Assembly: GCA_036381235.1 (NCBI GenBank)
Contig: DASVDE010000014.1
Span: 35,306 to 99,305, forward strand
Direction of reading: 5' to 3'
Source of the DNA: Solirubrobacterales bacterium
GTDB taxonomy: Bacteria > Actinomycetota > Thermoleophilia > Solirubrobacterales > 70-9
Length of the DNA: 64,000 nucleotides
Positions 1-9,329 of this stretch are shown here, one piece after another. The first letter of the stretch is position 1. Every line of letters starts with the position of its first letter. Under the pieces are notes generated by a model, which did not search any database, was not told the DNA's origin, and saw only the letters and a list, made by a program, of their open reading frames with translations. Position numbers and translations under genes: made by a program.

Positions 1-227
1 ATCGGCTCCATCTCCGTCACCGGGGGGCGATCGAAGGAGACACCGCGAAACTTGGGCGGGATCACCGAGGCGACGCCCTTGTTTCGGCCACGGCGAAGGC
101 GCTGCTCGCGGCACTCGCAGGGCCGCGCCACGTCCTCCGGACCGAGGATCCAACCGGAGCCGTCGCAGACGCCCAGCGGGCACGCCTGCTCGCGGAAGGG
201 CTCGCTGCGAGCCACCGCCCCGGCCAC
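1..227 (-). CDS. Partial ORF (first 75 codons, runs off the window): putative DnaC/DnaI/IstB-like helicase-loader N-terminus with a zinc-binding motif
   Basis: GTG at 227-225 overlaps the dnaB TAG stop (229-227) by 1 nt. The frame stays open to position 1. My translation is VAGAVARSEPFREQACPLGVCDGSGWILGPEDVARPCECREQRLRRGRNKGVASVIPPKFRGVSFDRPPVTEMEP. It has a Cx4C...CxC cysteine cluster and an IPxxF..SF motif that recall DnaC/DnaI-type loaders. Third-position GC bias is strong. The AAA+ domain is not in the window. Confidence 0.35.
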   Translation of the reverse strand, partial: MAGAVARSEPFREQACPLGVCDGSGWILGPEDVARPCECREQRLRRGRNKGVASVIPPKFRGVSFDRPPVTEMEP

Positions 228-1651
228 TAGAACTCTGGCCCCGCTGTGGCCACGTCCGCGATCGGCGGGCCCTCCCCGGCGGGCAGCTCGACCGGCCGTT
301 CCTGGCCGGCAAAGTCGGCGAACTTCGGAAAGCGGTCGAGGAATACGAGCTTGCGGGTGCCGATCGGCCCATTGCGGTGCTTGGCCACGATCAGGTCGGC
401 AAGGCCGTCCGGCTCATCCTCGGGGTCGCGGTAGTAGTCCTCGCGGAAGAGAAAGGCGACCAGGTCGGCGTCCTGTTCGAGCTGGCCGGACTCGCGCAGG
501 TCGGAGAGTTGCGGCTTGGGCGGATGGCGCTGCTCCGGCGCACGGGAGAGCTGGGAGATCGCCAGCACCGGCACCTCCAGCTCCCGGGCGAGGATCTTAA
601 GTCCGCGACTCATCTGGCCGACCTGCTCAACCCGGTTGGCGCGGTGGTCGTCGGATCGCATCAGCTGCAGGTAATCGACGATCACAAGCCCCAGCCCACC
701 CTTGTCCTGTTCCTGAGCGTGCAGGCGGCGCGCCTTGGCACGCAGATCGAGGATGCCGAGGTCGGAGGAGTCGTCAAACCACAGCGGCGCCTCCTCGAGC
801 TCGTTGCAGGCACGCACCACCTTCGGCCAGTCCTTCTGCGCCACCTGCCCCTTGCGCAGCTTGTCGCCCGAGATCCGCGCCCGGCAGGCGATGAAGCGCT
901 GCGCCAGCTCGACCTCGGACATCTCCAGAGAGAAGAACGCGACCGGCAGCTTGCGCTTGACCGCCACGTTCTCGGCGATGTTGGCGACCAGCGCCGACTT
1001 CCCCATCGCCGGCCTTGCCGCGACGATGATCAGGTTACCGGGCTGAAAGCCGCCGGTGATCGCGTCGATGTCCTTGAAGCCGGAGGGGGTGCCGGTCAGC
1101 TCGGTCTCGCCGGTAGAGAGCTTCTCGAGGCGATCGACCTCGTCGTGGAGGATCTCCGAGAGGAGGCGGAAGTCGCTCGCCTGCTCTTTGTGGGCGACGT
1201 CGAAGAGGAGCTTCTCGGCGCGCTCGGAGAGCTCGCGGGGCTCGCCGTCGCGCTCGTGGACCCAACCCTGGATCTGTTGACCGGCGCCGAGCAGGCGCCG
1301 CAGCAGCGAGTTCTGCTGGACGATCTCCGCGTAGTGCTTTGCGTTGCCGGCGGCGGGGACCTTGGCGGCCAGCTCGGAGACGTAGTGCTTGCCGCCCGCG
1401 TCTTCGATCCGGTTGCGTTGCGTGAGCGCCTCGGAGACGCTCAGTTCGTCGACCGGCTTCGACTCTGCGTAGAGGTCGTGAACGCACTCGAAGATCGCCC
1501 GGTGCTTGTCGAGGTAGAAGTCCTCGGCGTTCAGCTTGACCTCGTCGATGACGCGGGTCAGCGAGGATTCGGCGACCAGCATCGCCCCCAGCACCGACTC
1601 CTCGGCTTCGATGTTCTGAGGCGGGACGTGGGCTGTGGGTGCTTGGGCCAT
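227..1651 (-). CDS. dnaB: Replicative DNA helicase DnaB
   Basis: 474 aa. N-terminus PPQNIEAEESVLGAMLV, Walker A ARPAMGKSAL, and RecA-like C-terminal motifs (SLEMS, IVDYLQLM, ISQLSR) typical of DnaB. Confidence 0.95.
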   Translation of the reverse strand: MAQAPTAHVPPQNIEAEESVLGAMLVAESSLTRVIDEVKLNAEDFYLDKHRAIFECVHDLYAESKPVDELSVSEALTQRNRIEDAGGKHYVSELAAKVPAAGNAKHYAEIVQQNSLLRRLLGAGQQIQGWVHERDGEPRELSERAEKLLFDVAHKEQASDFRLLSEILHDEVDRLEKLSTGETELTGTPSGFKDIDAITGGFQPGNLIIVAARPAMGKSALVANIAENVAVKRKLPVAFFSLEMSEVELAQRFIACRARISGDKLRKGQVAQKDWPKVVRACNELEEAPLWFDDSSDLGILDLRAKARRLHAQEQDKGGLGLVIVDYLQLMRSDDHRANRVEQVGQMSRGLKILARELEVPVLAISQLSRAPEQRHPPKPQLSDLRESGQLEQDADLVAFLFREDYYRDPEDEPDGLADLIVAKHRNGPIGTRKLVFLDRFPKFADFAGQERPVELPAGEGPPIADVATAGPEF

Positions 1652-1758
1652 TAACTCAGTGTCCGGGGACCACCGGCGGCAATCCCGAGGGTGAGAACGT
1701 AGCCAAGGGGATCCTGTTTCGTGTAACCAAACCCGCCCTTTGCGACCGAATTCATCGG

Positions 1759-2076
1759 TCAGCGGAGATCGAGGACAAGGCCAAGGGCGTCATCGATCGT
1801 GGCGATCTCCTCCAAGGTCAAATGGCCAATCTGGGCCCCCAGCTTGCGAGCATCCACGGCGCTTGCCATCTCGCAAAGGACGCGCGTTGGCTCGTCGGTG
1901 AGACTCACCTCCGGATGAAAGGTTGCCGGCGGGGCCGACTGAGAAGTGGGACAGACAAGAACGGTCGAAAGGGCTAGCAGGTCGTCTGCCTGCACAACCA
2001 CCGCATAGCGACGTCCATGCTGAGCATGGCCACGCTTCCGGGGGAGGGCAATCTCGTGAACGTCACCCCGAACCAC
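1759..2076 (-). CDS. MazF/PemK-family toxin (type II TA)
   Basis: 105 aa starting at a GTG. The pattern RGDVHEI...GRRYAVVVQADDL...VLVCPTS is typical of PemK/MazF endoribonucleases. It overlaps the upstream RHH gene by 14 nt. Confidence 0.65.
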   Translation of the reverse strand: MVRGDVHEIALPRKRGHAQHGRRYAVVVQADDLLALSTVLVCPTSQSAPPATFHPEVSLTDEPTRVLCEMASAVDARKLGAQIGHLTLEEIATIDDALGLVLDLR

Positions 2077-2365
2077 GCAACTCCTCCATCAGCTCTGCCA
2101 CTTCACGAGCTTCTTTTATGTAGGCGGGATCGGCCATCAGCTGCCGCGCTTCGGCTGCCAGGCCAGCGCGCCGGCGTTCTCTCTGGGCGGCTTCGTCAAT
2201 CGCTTGACGAGCGGCCTCGGCGCGATTGATTCCTCGCCGCCGAGCCAAATACTCCAGGTCTCGGGCTCTCTCACGGCCGAGGCGCAACGACAGTGGAGAT
2301 GGAGCGGGAGCCACTTCGCGAAGTGTAGCGCAATTCGCACTACGGACTGAAACGAGACTGTCCAT
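2063..2365 (-). CDS. Ribbon-helix-helix (CopG-like) antitoxin
   Basis: 100 aa. The segment LSLRLGRERARDLEYLARRRGINRAEAARQAIDEA looks like an RHH DNA-binding fold with an acidic C-terminal tail. It overlaps the toxin start. The exact start is uncertain: ATG at 2365 or an internal GTG. Confidence 0.55.
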   Translation of the reverse strand: MDSLVSVRSANCATLREVAPAPSPLSLRLGRERARDLEYLARRRGINRAEAARQAIDEAAQRERRRAGLAAEARQLMADPAYIKEAREVAELMEELRGSG

Positions 2366-2444
2366 CGCCCAAGGCTGACCGACGCGATCTCGCGCATGTG
2401 CAAAGGGGGTCAGAAAGGCGCGACGTCTTTGTCACGAATGACGC

Positions 2445-3167
2445 CTATGCCGTTGGGGACGAACTCGCAGCGTCGGGTGGGGGGATCAGGCCCTCCCGCT
2501 CCTGATGGCGCTCGCCGCGGCGGAGCATGCGCTGGGTGAGGATGGCGATGCTGAGGATCGCGGTTGCGCCGAGGCTGAGCTGGATGCTGAGCAGGCCCTC
2601 GCGGGTCCAGTAGACGTCGCGCAGGTCCAGCAGAAGGGCTGCCTCGTCGAAGGTGAGGCCCATGCCGACGCCCATCGGGATTGCGAGACGATCCTCGAGA
2701 GTGTCGTCGTCGGTGAGCAGCGCCGTGGTGCCGGCGGCGAAGGCGATCAGGATTCCGGGCACGAAGTGGTGGATGTGGCGGCCGCCGACGCTGAAGTTGC
2801 GAAACGGGCCCCAGTCGTCCCGGATCCCCAGTGTCGAGAGGCGAACGAAGGCGAAGGCGCCGAGGAAGCCCGCGAGCAGGTTGAAGAGCACCGTCTCGCT
2901 GCGCGGCGTATCGGCATAGCCGCGGACCGCGACGCCGACCGTGTCGAGCGCCGCCGCGGGGGCCGCCTCGACCAACCCCTCTTTTCCGTCGCGCTCGTGG
3001 GAACGACGGCGCAGCATGCGGCCGAACTGCCCCGCCAACACCGTGCCGGCGCCGGCGAGCGCAACCGTGGCGAGACCGACGGTGGCACGCTCCGAGCGCG
3101 CCCAGCCGAAGCGCGCCCGCGCCCGGGCACGGCGGGTGATGCGGTTCGGCAAGCGCCGCGAAGCCAC
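2445..3167 (-). CDS. Integral membrane protein of unknown function
   Basis: 240 aa with several hydrophobic helices (VLFNLLAGFLGAFAFV, HHFVPGILIAFAAGTTALL, LSIQLSLGATAILSIAILT) and codon bias consistent with coding. The GTG start leaves only 34 bp to divergent purA, so the start is uncertain. Confidence 0.5.
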   Translation of the reverse strand: MASRRLPNRITRRARARARFGWARSERATVGLATVALAGAGTVLAGQFGRMLRRRSHERDGKEGLVEAAPAAALDTVGVAVRGYADTPRSETVLFNLLAGFLGAFAFVRLSTLGIRDDWGPFRNFSVGGRHIHHFVPGILIAFAAGTTALLTDDDTLEDRLAIPMGVGMGLTFDEAALLLDLRDVYWTREGLLSIQLSLGATAILSIAILTQRMLRRGERHQEREGLIPPPDAASSSPTA

Positions 3168-3180
3168 AGTGGCAGCCTAA

Positions 3181-4557
<1,377 letters not shown>

Positions 4558-4586
4558 AAAAGGCGGCCCGAAGGCCGCCCTTTCTT
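4558..4586. terminator. Bidirectional intrinsic-terminator-like hairpin between convergent purA and a secreted-protein gene
   Basis: AAAAGGCGGCC-cgaa-GGCCGCCCTTTCTT: a 7-bp GC stem and 4-nt loop, with an A-tract upstream and a T-rich tract downstream. Confidence 0.6.
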
Positions 4587-4646
4587 CCCTTGATGCTGCT
4601 TACCGAATACCCGTGGTCCCCCTTGCGGGAATGAACCGTGCCCTGC

Positions 4647-5423
4647 TCAGCCCGCCTGAATGCAGGCCCTGACTACGTCGCCGGCGACGCGAGTGCCGTC
4701 GCTGAAGGCGGCGACACCGTGCGCATATAGGTGCTTGGTTGGGCATTTCGCGGTGAGCAGGCTCTGCTTCTTGCCTTTGTAGGTGAATTTCCGGTCCACC
4801 GTGAGGCTGAAGGAGACAGCCGAGCCGGCGCCGCCGGCGATCGTCGGAACCGAGGCAACCGCTTCATACCCGAACTTGCCTTTGTTGATTTTCTTGACCT
4901 TGACCGTGGTGACGATTGCGGTCGGGGTCGGCACGCTGACGTAGGCGTGGACGAACATCGTCGTCACGCCGCCCTTGACGCCGCCGTTGAAGAGGACGAG
5001 GGGGCCCTTGGCGGTGAAGGGCGAGGAGTCCTCAAACTGAACCTCGACCTCGGTATCGCCCTTGCCGATGATCGCCGTGGGGCAGGCCTTCTTCGCGCTC
5101 TCCGTGTCGCGGGCCTGGAGCTGGCCTGACTTGCAGACGGGAAGCCCCTTGGCGTTGATCACCCCGTTCTTGTCGAAGTCGAGGATCACCTGTTTAATCG
5201 CCGGCGGATGGGTGCCGTCGGCGGTAGCGAGCTTGCCGCTCGCCTGAAGCTTGATCGGCGCGTAGGTGTTCTTCGGAAGCTTCTTGGGCACGACGTCGCC
5301 GTTGAAGGTAAGGATCAGATTGCCGGCGCGGACGACGGTCGGCTTCGACGCGACCGCGACCCCGGCGACGGCGACGGCGACTACAGCGGCCAGAGTCAGT
5401 ATCCGGATCAAGTTCTTGCGCAT
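4647..5423 (-). CDS. Secreted four-Cys protein, paralog 1 of 3 (unknown family)
   Basis: I chose the ATG at 5423, which is preceded by AAGGAGAG. Signal peptide MRKNLIRILTLAAVVAVAVAGVAVAS. It shares motifs with the ORFs at 15271 and 19663: GLPxC...C..A.IGxG, FNG, IAGG.GA, and F.YKGKK.S...A.C...........DG......C. Confidence 0.7.
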   Translation of the reverse strand: MRKNLIRILTLAAVVAVAVAGVAVASKPTVVRAGNLILTFNGDVVPKKLPKNTYAPIKLQASGKLATADGTHPPAIKQVILDFDKNGVINAKGLPVCKSGQLQARDTESAKKACPTAIIGKGDTEVEVQFEDSSPFTAKGPLVLFNGGVKGGVTTMFVHAYVSVPTPTAIVTTVKVKKINKGKFGYEAVASVPTIAGGAGSAVSFSLTVDRKFTYKGKKQSLLTAKCPTKHLYAHGVAAFSDGTRVAGDVVRACIQAG

Positions 5424-5575
5424 TTCCCTTGCATCTCTCCTTTGCGGCCGGCCTTCCCAGCCGACATCTAGGCCCTTGGCAACCCTCCAACGACTCAAAT
5501 TACCAGCATCGCCCTATAGATAAACCCGATGATTCCCTATTTGGAGCGGGTTAACGTGGGGAAAATCTTCGCGAA

Positions 5576-6295
5576 TCAGGCAGTTTCCGGCGAACCGGCG
5601 TCCCGGATCGCGTTGAGGATCTCCAACCGGACCCTCTCGCGCTCCGCTGCCGCCCCTTCTGCGCCGAGGAAGGGGAGGCTGATCCAGAACATCAGGTCCG
5701 GCAATCGGCTGGGGAGGCGGGATGCTGCTCCATGCAGGATCTCGCTGTAGAGCAGCTCGTTGACGCCACCGGCCAGCGAGAGCGAAGTGATGCCCGGTAG
5801 CTCGACTGAGGTCTCCGCCCGACCGGCGTCGAGAAACCCGGTGAACTGGCGCAGAGCGGCATCGCGGCGGGCGAGGGCCTTGGGACCCGCCGCCAGCACC
5901 TCGACGATCGCGAATCGCGCCTCATCGGGATGCTCGGCAAGGTGCTGAAGCAGCGCGCCGAGACCCGCAGAGACGCGCTCGGACCATGGCGCCCCCGGCT
6001 TTGACTCGAAACCGGTCGCCGTATCGCCAAGCAGGTTGCCGAGCAGCACGTCGTAAGTGGCGAGGAAGCAGTCCTCCTTGCTGTCGAACAGCTCGTAAAA
6101 AGTCTTTCTCGAAACCCCGGCGACGCCGATCACGTCGACCACCCGGGTCTCGGGATAGCCACGCTCGGAGACCACCTCGATCATCGCTTGGTGGATGCGT
6201 TTGCGCTGCGACTCGGTTACTGCCTCCCGCGTGAGTCCGTGTCGCCCCCGAGGTAGCTGCTCACTTAATCGCGATGCACGTCTACCGGAAGCCAC
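5576..6295 (-). CDS. TetR-family transcriptional regulator
   Basis: The HTH region IHQAMIEVVSERGYPETRVVDVIGVAGVSRKTFYELFDSKEDCF is typical TetR_N. The start is set at the in-frame GTG at 6295, since the longer 347-aa ORF prefix is Arg/Pro-rich junk. It lies directly downstream of the last mce gene on the same strand. Confidence 0.8.
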   Translation of the reverse strand: MASGRRASRLSEQLPRGRHGLTREAVTESQRKRIHQAMIEVVSERGYPETRVVDVIGVAGVSRKTFYELFDSKEDCFLATYDVLLGNLLGDTATGFESKPGAPWSERVSAGLGALLQHLAEHPDEARFAIVEVLAAGPKALARRDAALRQFTGFLDAGRAETSVELPGITSLSLAGGVNELLYSEILHGAASRLPSRLPDLMFWISLPFLGAEGAAAERERVRLEILNAIRDAGSPETA

Positions 6296-6366
6296 TCCCG
6301 AAACTGTAGAGCAGAAAGCCAAAAAACTCGACCGCAGAGGCCTGGAGCAATCAGGAGAAAAGCGGT

Positions 6367-7920
6367 TTATCCCCCCTGCTGAGGGAAGACATGCTGGTAG
6401 GTGGAGGGACCACCGGTTTTGCCGATCGGGGCGAAAGGCGGCTGCTGGGTGCAGCCGGGTGCAGGGATCGAACCGGAGTTGTCCTGATTGGCGAACGCGT
6501 ATTGCTTGAGGCGGTTGAAGAAATCGGTGGCCTCGTCGACGTTGCCGCCGGTTCGAGCGTTGAAGGCTGGGTTGTTGGGGGTATCGGGATCCAACGAGGC
6601 GGTGATCCCGGAGCTGCACTGGCGAGTCTCGAAGCTGGGCAGGCCGGACGCGAGCGAATTCGAGGCGAGGGGCTGAGGGTAGGCGTTTGCGCGGTTGGTG
6701 GTAAGGCGATTGGCATAGGTGGCGATTGCGTCGGGGCCGAGGTATCCCTGCGTCCGTAGGAAGTGAACCTGCTTGTCGCCTCCTGAGGGGCTAATCGCGA
6801 CCGAGTTGAAGGTCGCCGCGACGTTGGCCATCAAAGCGGTGACCTCGTTCTTGTAGAGATCGAGGCCTGTCAGGAGCGGGTTGAAGTTGCGCAGGAACGG
6901 GTCCAGGGCGCGCAGAATCGGCGGGAAGTCGTCACGGAAGAGCTTGCGCAATGCCGGGAAGGCGCGGGGCGAGAGGTCGACGACCGGGGTGAAGCCTTCG
7001 AAGAAGCCCTGTGCCTGCGGCGCCAGCTTCGCGAGAGCAATCAGCGTCGGCGAGAGCTGCCGGGCAGCGGGCACCAACTGCACCATCAACGGGTCGGCGT
7101 TCAGTGCGAAGGATTTGAGCCGCTCCACGGTCATCTTCGACTCGTCGAGGAAGGTCGGGAAGGCGCGGAACAGCGCCTCGATGTCGCGGTTGCGCGCCGC
7201 GGTGGTCGCGAAGACGGTGTTGGAGCTGTCGATCAGGTTCGCCAGCTCGCCATTGCGGCCGCGCAAGGCGCGCAGGCTGACCGAGCCGTTGCTGAAGAGC
7301 TGGCGGACGGCAAGCCGCTGGGTGTCCAGCACCCGGAAGAGTCGGTCGAAGGACTCGAAGGTCGGCTGGAACTCGCCGAAGGCGTTGGAGAGGCTCTGGC
7401 CCTGGCCGCCTATTGCGACCGAGGCCTCCTGCATCCAGGTCTGGAAGGCAGCGCGGGTGCGGGGACCGAAGGTGCGGAAGATCTCATCGAGCTGCACCGA
7501 CTTCGCGACCTGGGCGAAGGGAAGGGTGCCACCGTCGGGGAGATCCGGCGTCTCGTCGGTGGACGGGGTCAGCTCGACGTAGGTCTCGCCGAGCAGCGTT
7601 TTGGTGCGCAGGATGGCCCGGGTGTCGCGCGGGATCGGGGCGTAGCGATCCTCGATGTCGATCGTCGCCAGCGCCTGCTTGCCGTTCGGCGCCAGCTCGA
7701 TGCTCTTTACCTTGCCGACGTTGACCCCGGAGATGCGCACGTCGGACTGCTGAGCGAGCTGGGTCGCCTCATCGAAGGGGATCTTGATCTCGTAGGGCTT
7801 CGCCCGGAACGGCGTCGGTCCGCCGAAGGTGACCCAGAGGAAAAGCAGGATGCCGAAGCACGACAGCGCGAAGCCGGCGATGACCAGAAGCTGTCCTGTG
7901 CTGGGGGCTTGCTTGCTCAT
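6367..7920 (-). CDS. MCE/MlaD-domain protein (sixth of six, MceF-like position)
   Basis: The ATG at 7920 overlaps the upstream stop as ATGA. It has an N-terminal TM helix (LLVIAGFALSCFGILLFLWV) followed by the MCE core YEIKIPFDEATQLAQQSDVRISGVNVGKVKSIEL, and then a long helical/extended C-terminal region. Confidence 0.85.
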   Translation of the reverse strand: MSKQAPSTGQLLVIAGFALSCFGILLFLWVTFGGPTPFRAKPYEIKIPFDEATQLAQQSDVRISGVNVGKVKSIELAPNGKQALATIDIEDRYAPIPRDTRAILRTKTLLGETYVELTPSTDETPDLPDGGTLPFAQVAKSVQLDEIFRTFGPRTRAAFQTWMQEASVAIGGQGQSLSNAFGEFQPTFESFDRLFRVLDTQRLAVRQLFSNGSVSLRALRGRNGELANLIDSSNTVFATTAARNRDIEALFRAFPTFLDESKMTVERLKSFALNADPLMVQLVPAARQLSPTLIALAKLAPQAQGFFEGFTPVVDLSPRAFPALRKLFRDDFPPILRALDPFLRNFNPLLTGLDLYKNEVTALMANVAATFNSVAISPSGGDKQVHFLRTQGYLGPDAIATYANRLTTNRANAYPQPLASNSLASGLPSFETRQCSSGITASLDPDTPNNPAFNARTGGNVDEATDFFNRLKQYAFANQDNSGSIPAPGCTQQPPFAPIGKTGGPSTYQHVFPQQGG

Positions 7921-9329
7921 GGCGCGAAGGAGCCGCAACCGCCGACAGCCTGCAGCTGCGGATCGGGTGGGATGTCGGGCATGGCCTTGGGGTCGGGGAT
8001 GTTCGCCGCCTGCAGGACCGTTTTCAGGAATGGTTTGGCGTTGGCGAAGCCGAAGCCGAGCACGGAGCCGTTGCAGGTAAGCAGCACGAGGCCACGGCGG
8101 ACCGGGCCCTCGGCGTCCTGAAGATAAGTGGAGTTGAGGTCGTGGTTGAGCCAACCGAGATAGAAGAGGCCGCTCTCCTTGCTACCAGAGGGGTTGTAGG
8201 CGAGCACGTTGAGGGCGGTGTTGAGGCCACCCAGCGAGTTGCCGAAGCCCTTGACCGAGGTGCTGAGGTCACTCGAGCCCTGACTGAGATGGGTCAGCAC
8301 CGGCCGGATCTGTCGGGTGAAGGGGCGGATCTGATCGCGGATCGGCGCGGTCGTCTCGGCGAAGAAACGCTTGGTCGCATCGAGGGCGGGGCCCAGCGCC
8401 TGGGCCTGCGGAATCAGCTTCAGCAAAGCCGGGCGGGCGGCACTGGAGAAGCGGTTTGAGCTGGCAAAAGCCCCCTGTGCCACCTGCAGGGTGGAGGGAA
8501 GCTCCACCAAAGCATCCTGGATCGATTGTTGCTGTGCGGCGAAGTCGCCCAGAGCGTCTTTGGAGGACGTGACGAAGCGCTCGATCTGGGTATCGCGGCG
8601 GCCCAGCTCAGTGGTCAGCAAGCCGAAGTCGTGGATGACGCGCGCGAGGGCGACACGGCGCTTTGCGATCTCCCGGTTGAGGTCGCCGACGTAGTGGGCG
8701 AAGGGCTGCAGGCGACGAAGGGCGTTGCCGAACTGCTTGCCGCGCCCACCGATCCCCTCAGCACCACCCGCGAGCAGAAGCTGTAGGTACTGCTGGGTGT
8801 CGGCGTCGAGGGTGGCGAGGAAGGCATCGAGGTTGACGTTCGGCTGGGTGCGTGAGAGCGGGACGTTGGCGCCCTCTTCGATGTGCCCGGGCGCCTTGCC
8901 GGGATCGACCTCGACGACCATGTCGTTGAGGTTCGTCTTCGGTCGCAGCAGAAGGGTGGCGTCGGGGTGGATCAGCTCCAGGTACTTGGGCTCGATGTCC
9001 ATGCCGACCACCGCGTGGCCGTCCTCGAGCTCGACCGAGGAGACTTTGCCGATCTGCACGCCGGCGATGTCGACCGCCTGGCCCTGTCCCGGAGTGACCG
9101 CCTGGGCGGAGGTGAACTCACCGGTGAGGTGGACGAAGTCCTTGCCGACGAAAGGAGCCCAGGAGGGAACCGCTTTCTGCTGGGTGAAGATCCACAGCAT
9201 CATCGCGATCCCGGCGACCAGCAGGACGGCGATCGCGATCGTGTCTTTGCTGCGACCGCGCGCCTGGCGGGCCAGCGAGGTGCGGAAGTGCTGCCAGCGG
9301 GACACGTCGGGCTCCCTCTGCTCGCTCAT
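7917..9329 (-). CDS. MCE/MlaD-domain protein (fifth, MceE-like position)
   Basis: 470 aa with a TM helix (IAIAVLLVAGIAMMLWIF) and the MCE core AVDIAGVQIGKVSSVELEDGHAVVGMDI. ATGA overlaps link it to both neighbours. Confidence 0.85.
   Translation of the reverse strand: MSEQREPDVSRWQHFRTSLARQARGRSKDTIAIAVLLVAGIAMMLWIFTQQKAVPSWAPFVGKDFVHLTGEFTSAQAVTPGQGQAVDIAGVQIGKVSSVELEDGHAVVGMDIEPKYLELIHPDATLLLRPKTNLNDMVVEVDPGKAPGHIEEGANVPLSRTQPNVNLDAFLATLDADTQQYLQLLLAGGAEGIGGRGKQFGNALRRLQPFAHYVGDLNREIAKRRVALARVIHDFGLLTTELGRRDTQIERFVTSSKDALGDFAAQQQSIQDALVELPSTLQVAQGAFASSNRFSSAARPALLKLIPQAQALGPALDATKRFFAETTAPIRDQIRPFTRQIRPVLTHLSQGSSDLSTSVKGFGNSLGGLNTALNVLAYNPSGSKESGLFYLGWLNHDLNSTYLQDAEGPVRRGLVLLTCNGSVLGFGFANAKPFLKTVLQAANIPDPKAMPDIPPDPQLQAVGGCGSFAP

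Noticed and set aside
52-600. A 182-aa plus-strand ORF at the left edge.
   Set aside because: It is extremely Arg/Pro/Gly/Ser-rich and overlaps dnaB and the coupled loader-like ORF on the opposite strand. I treat it as spurious.
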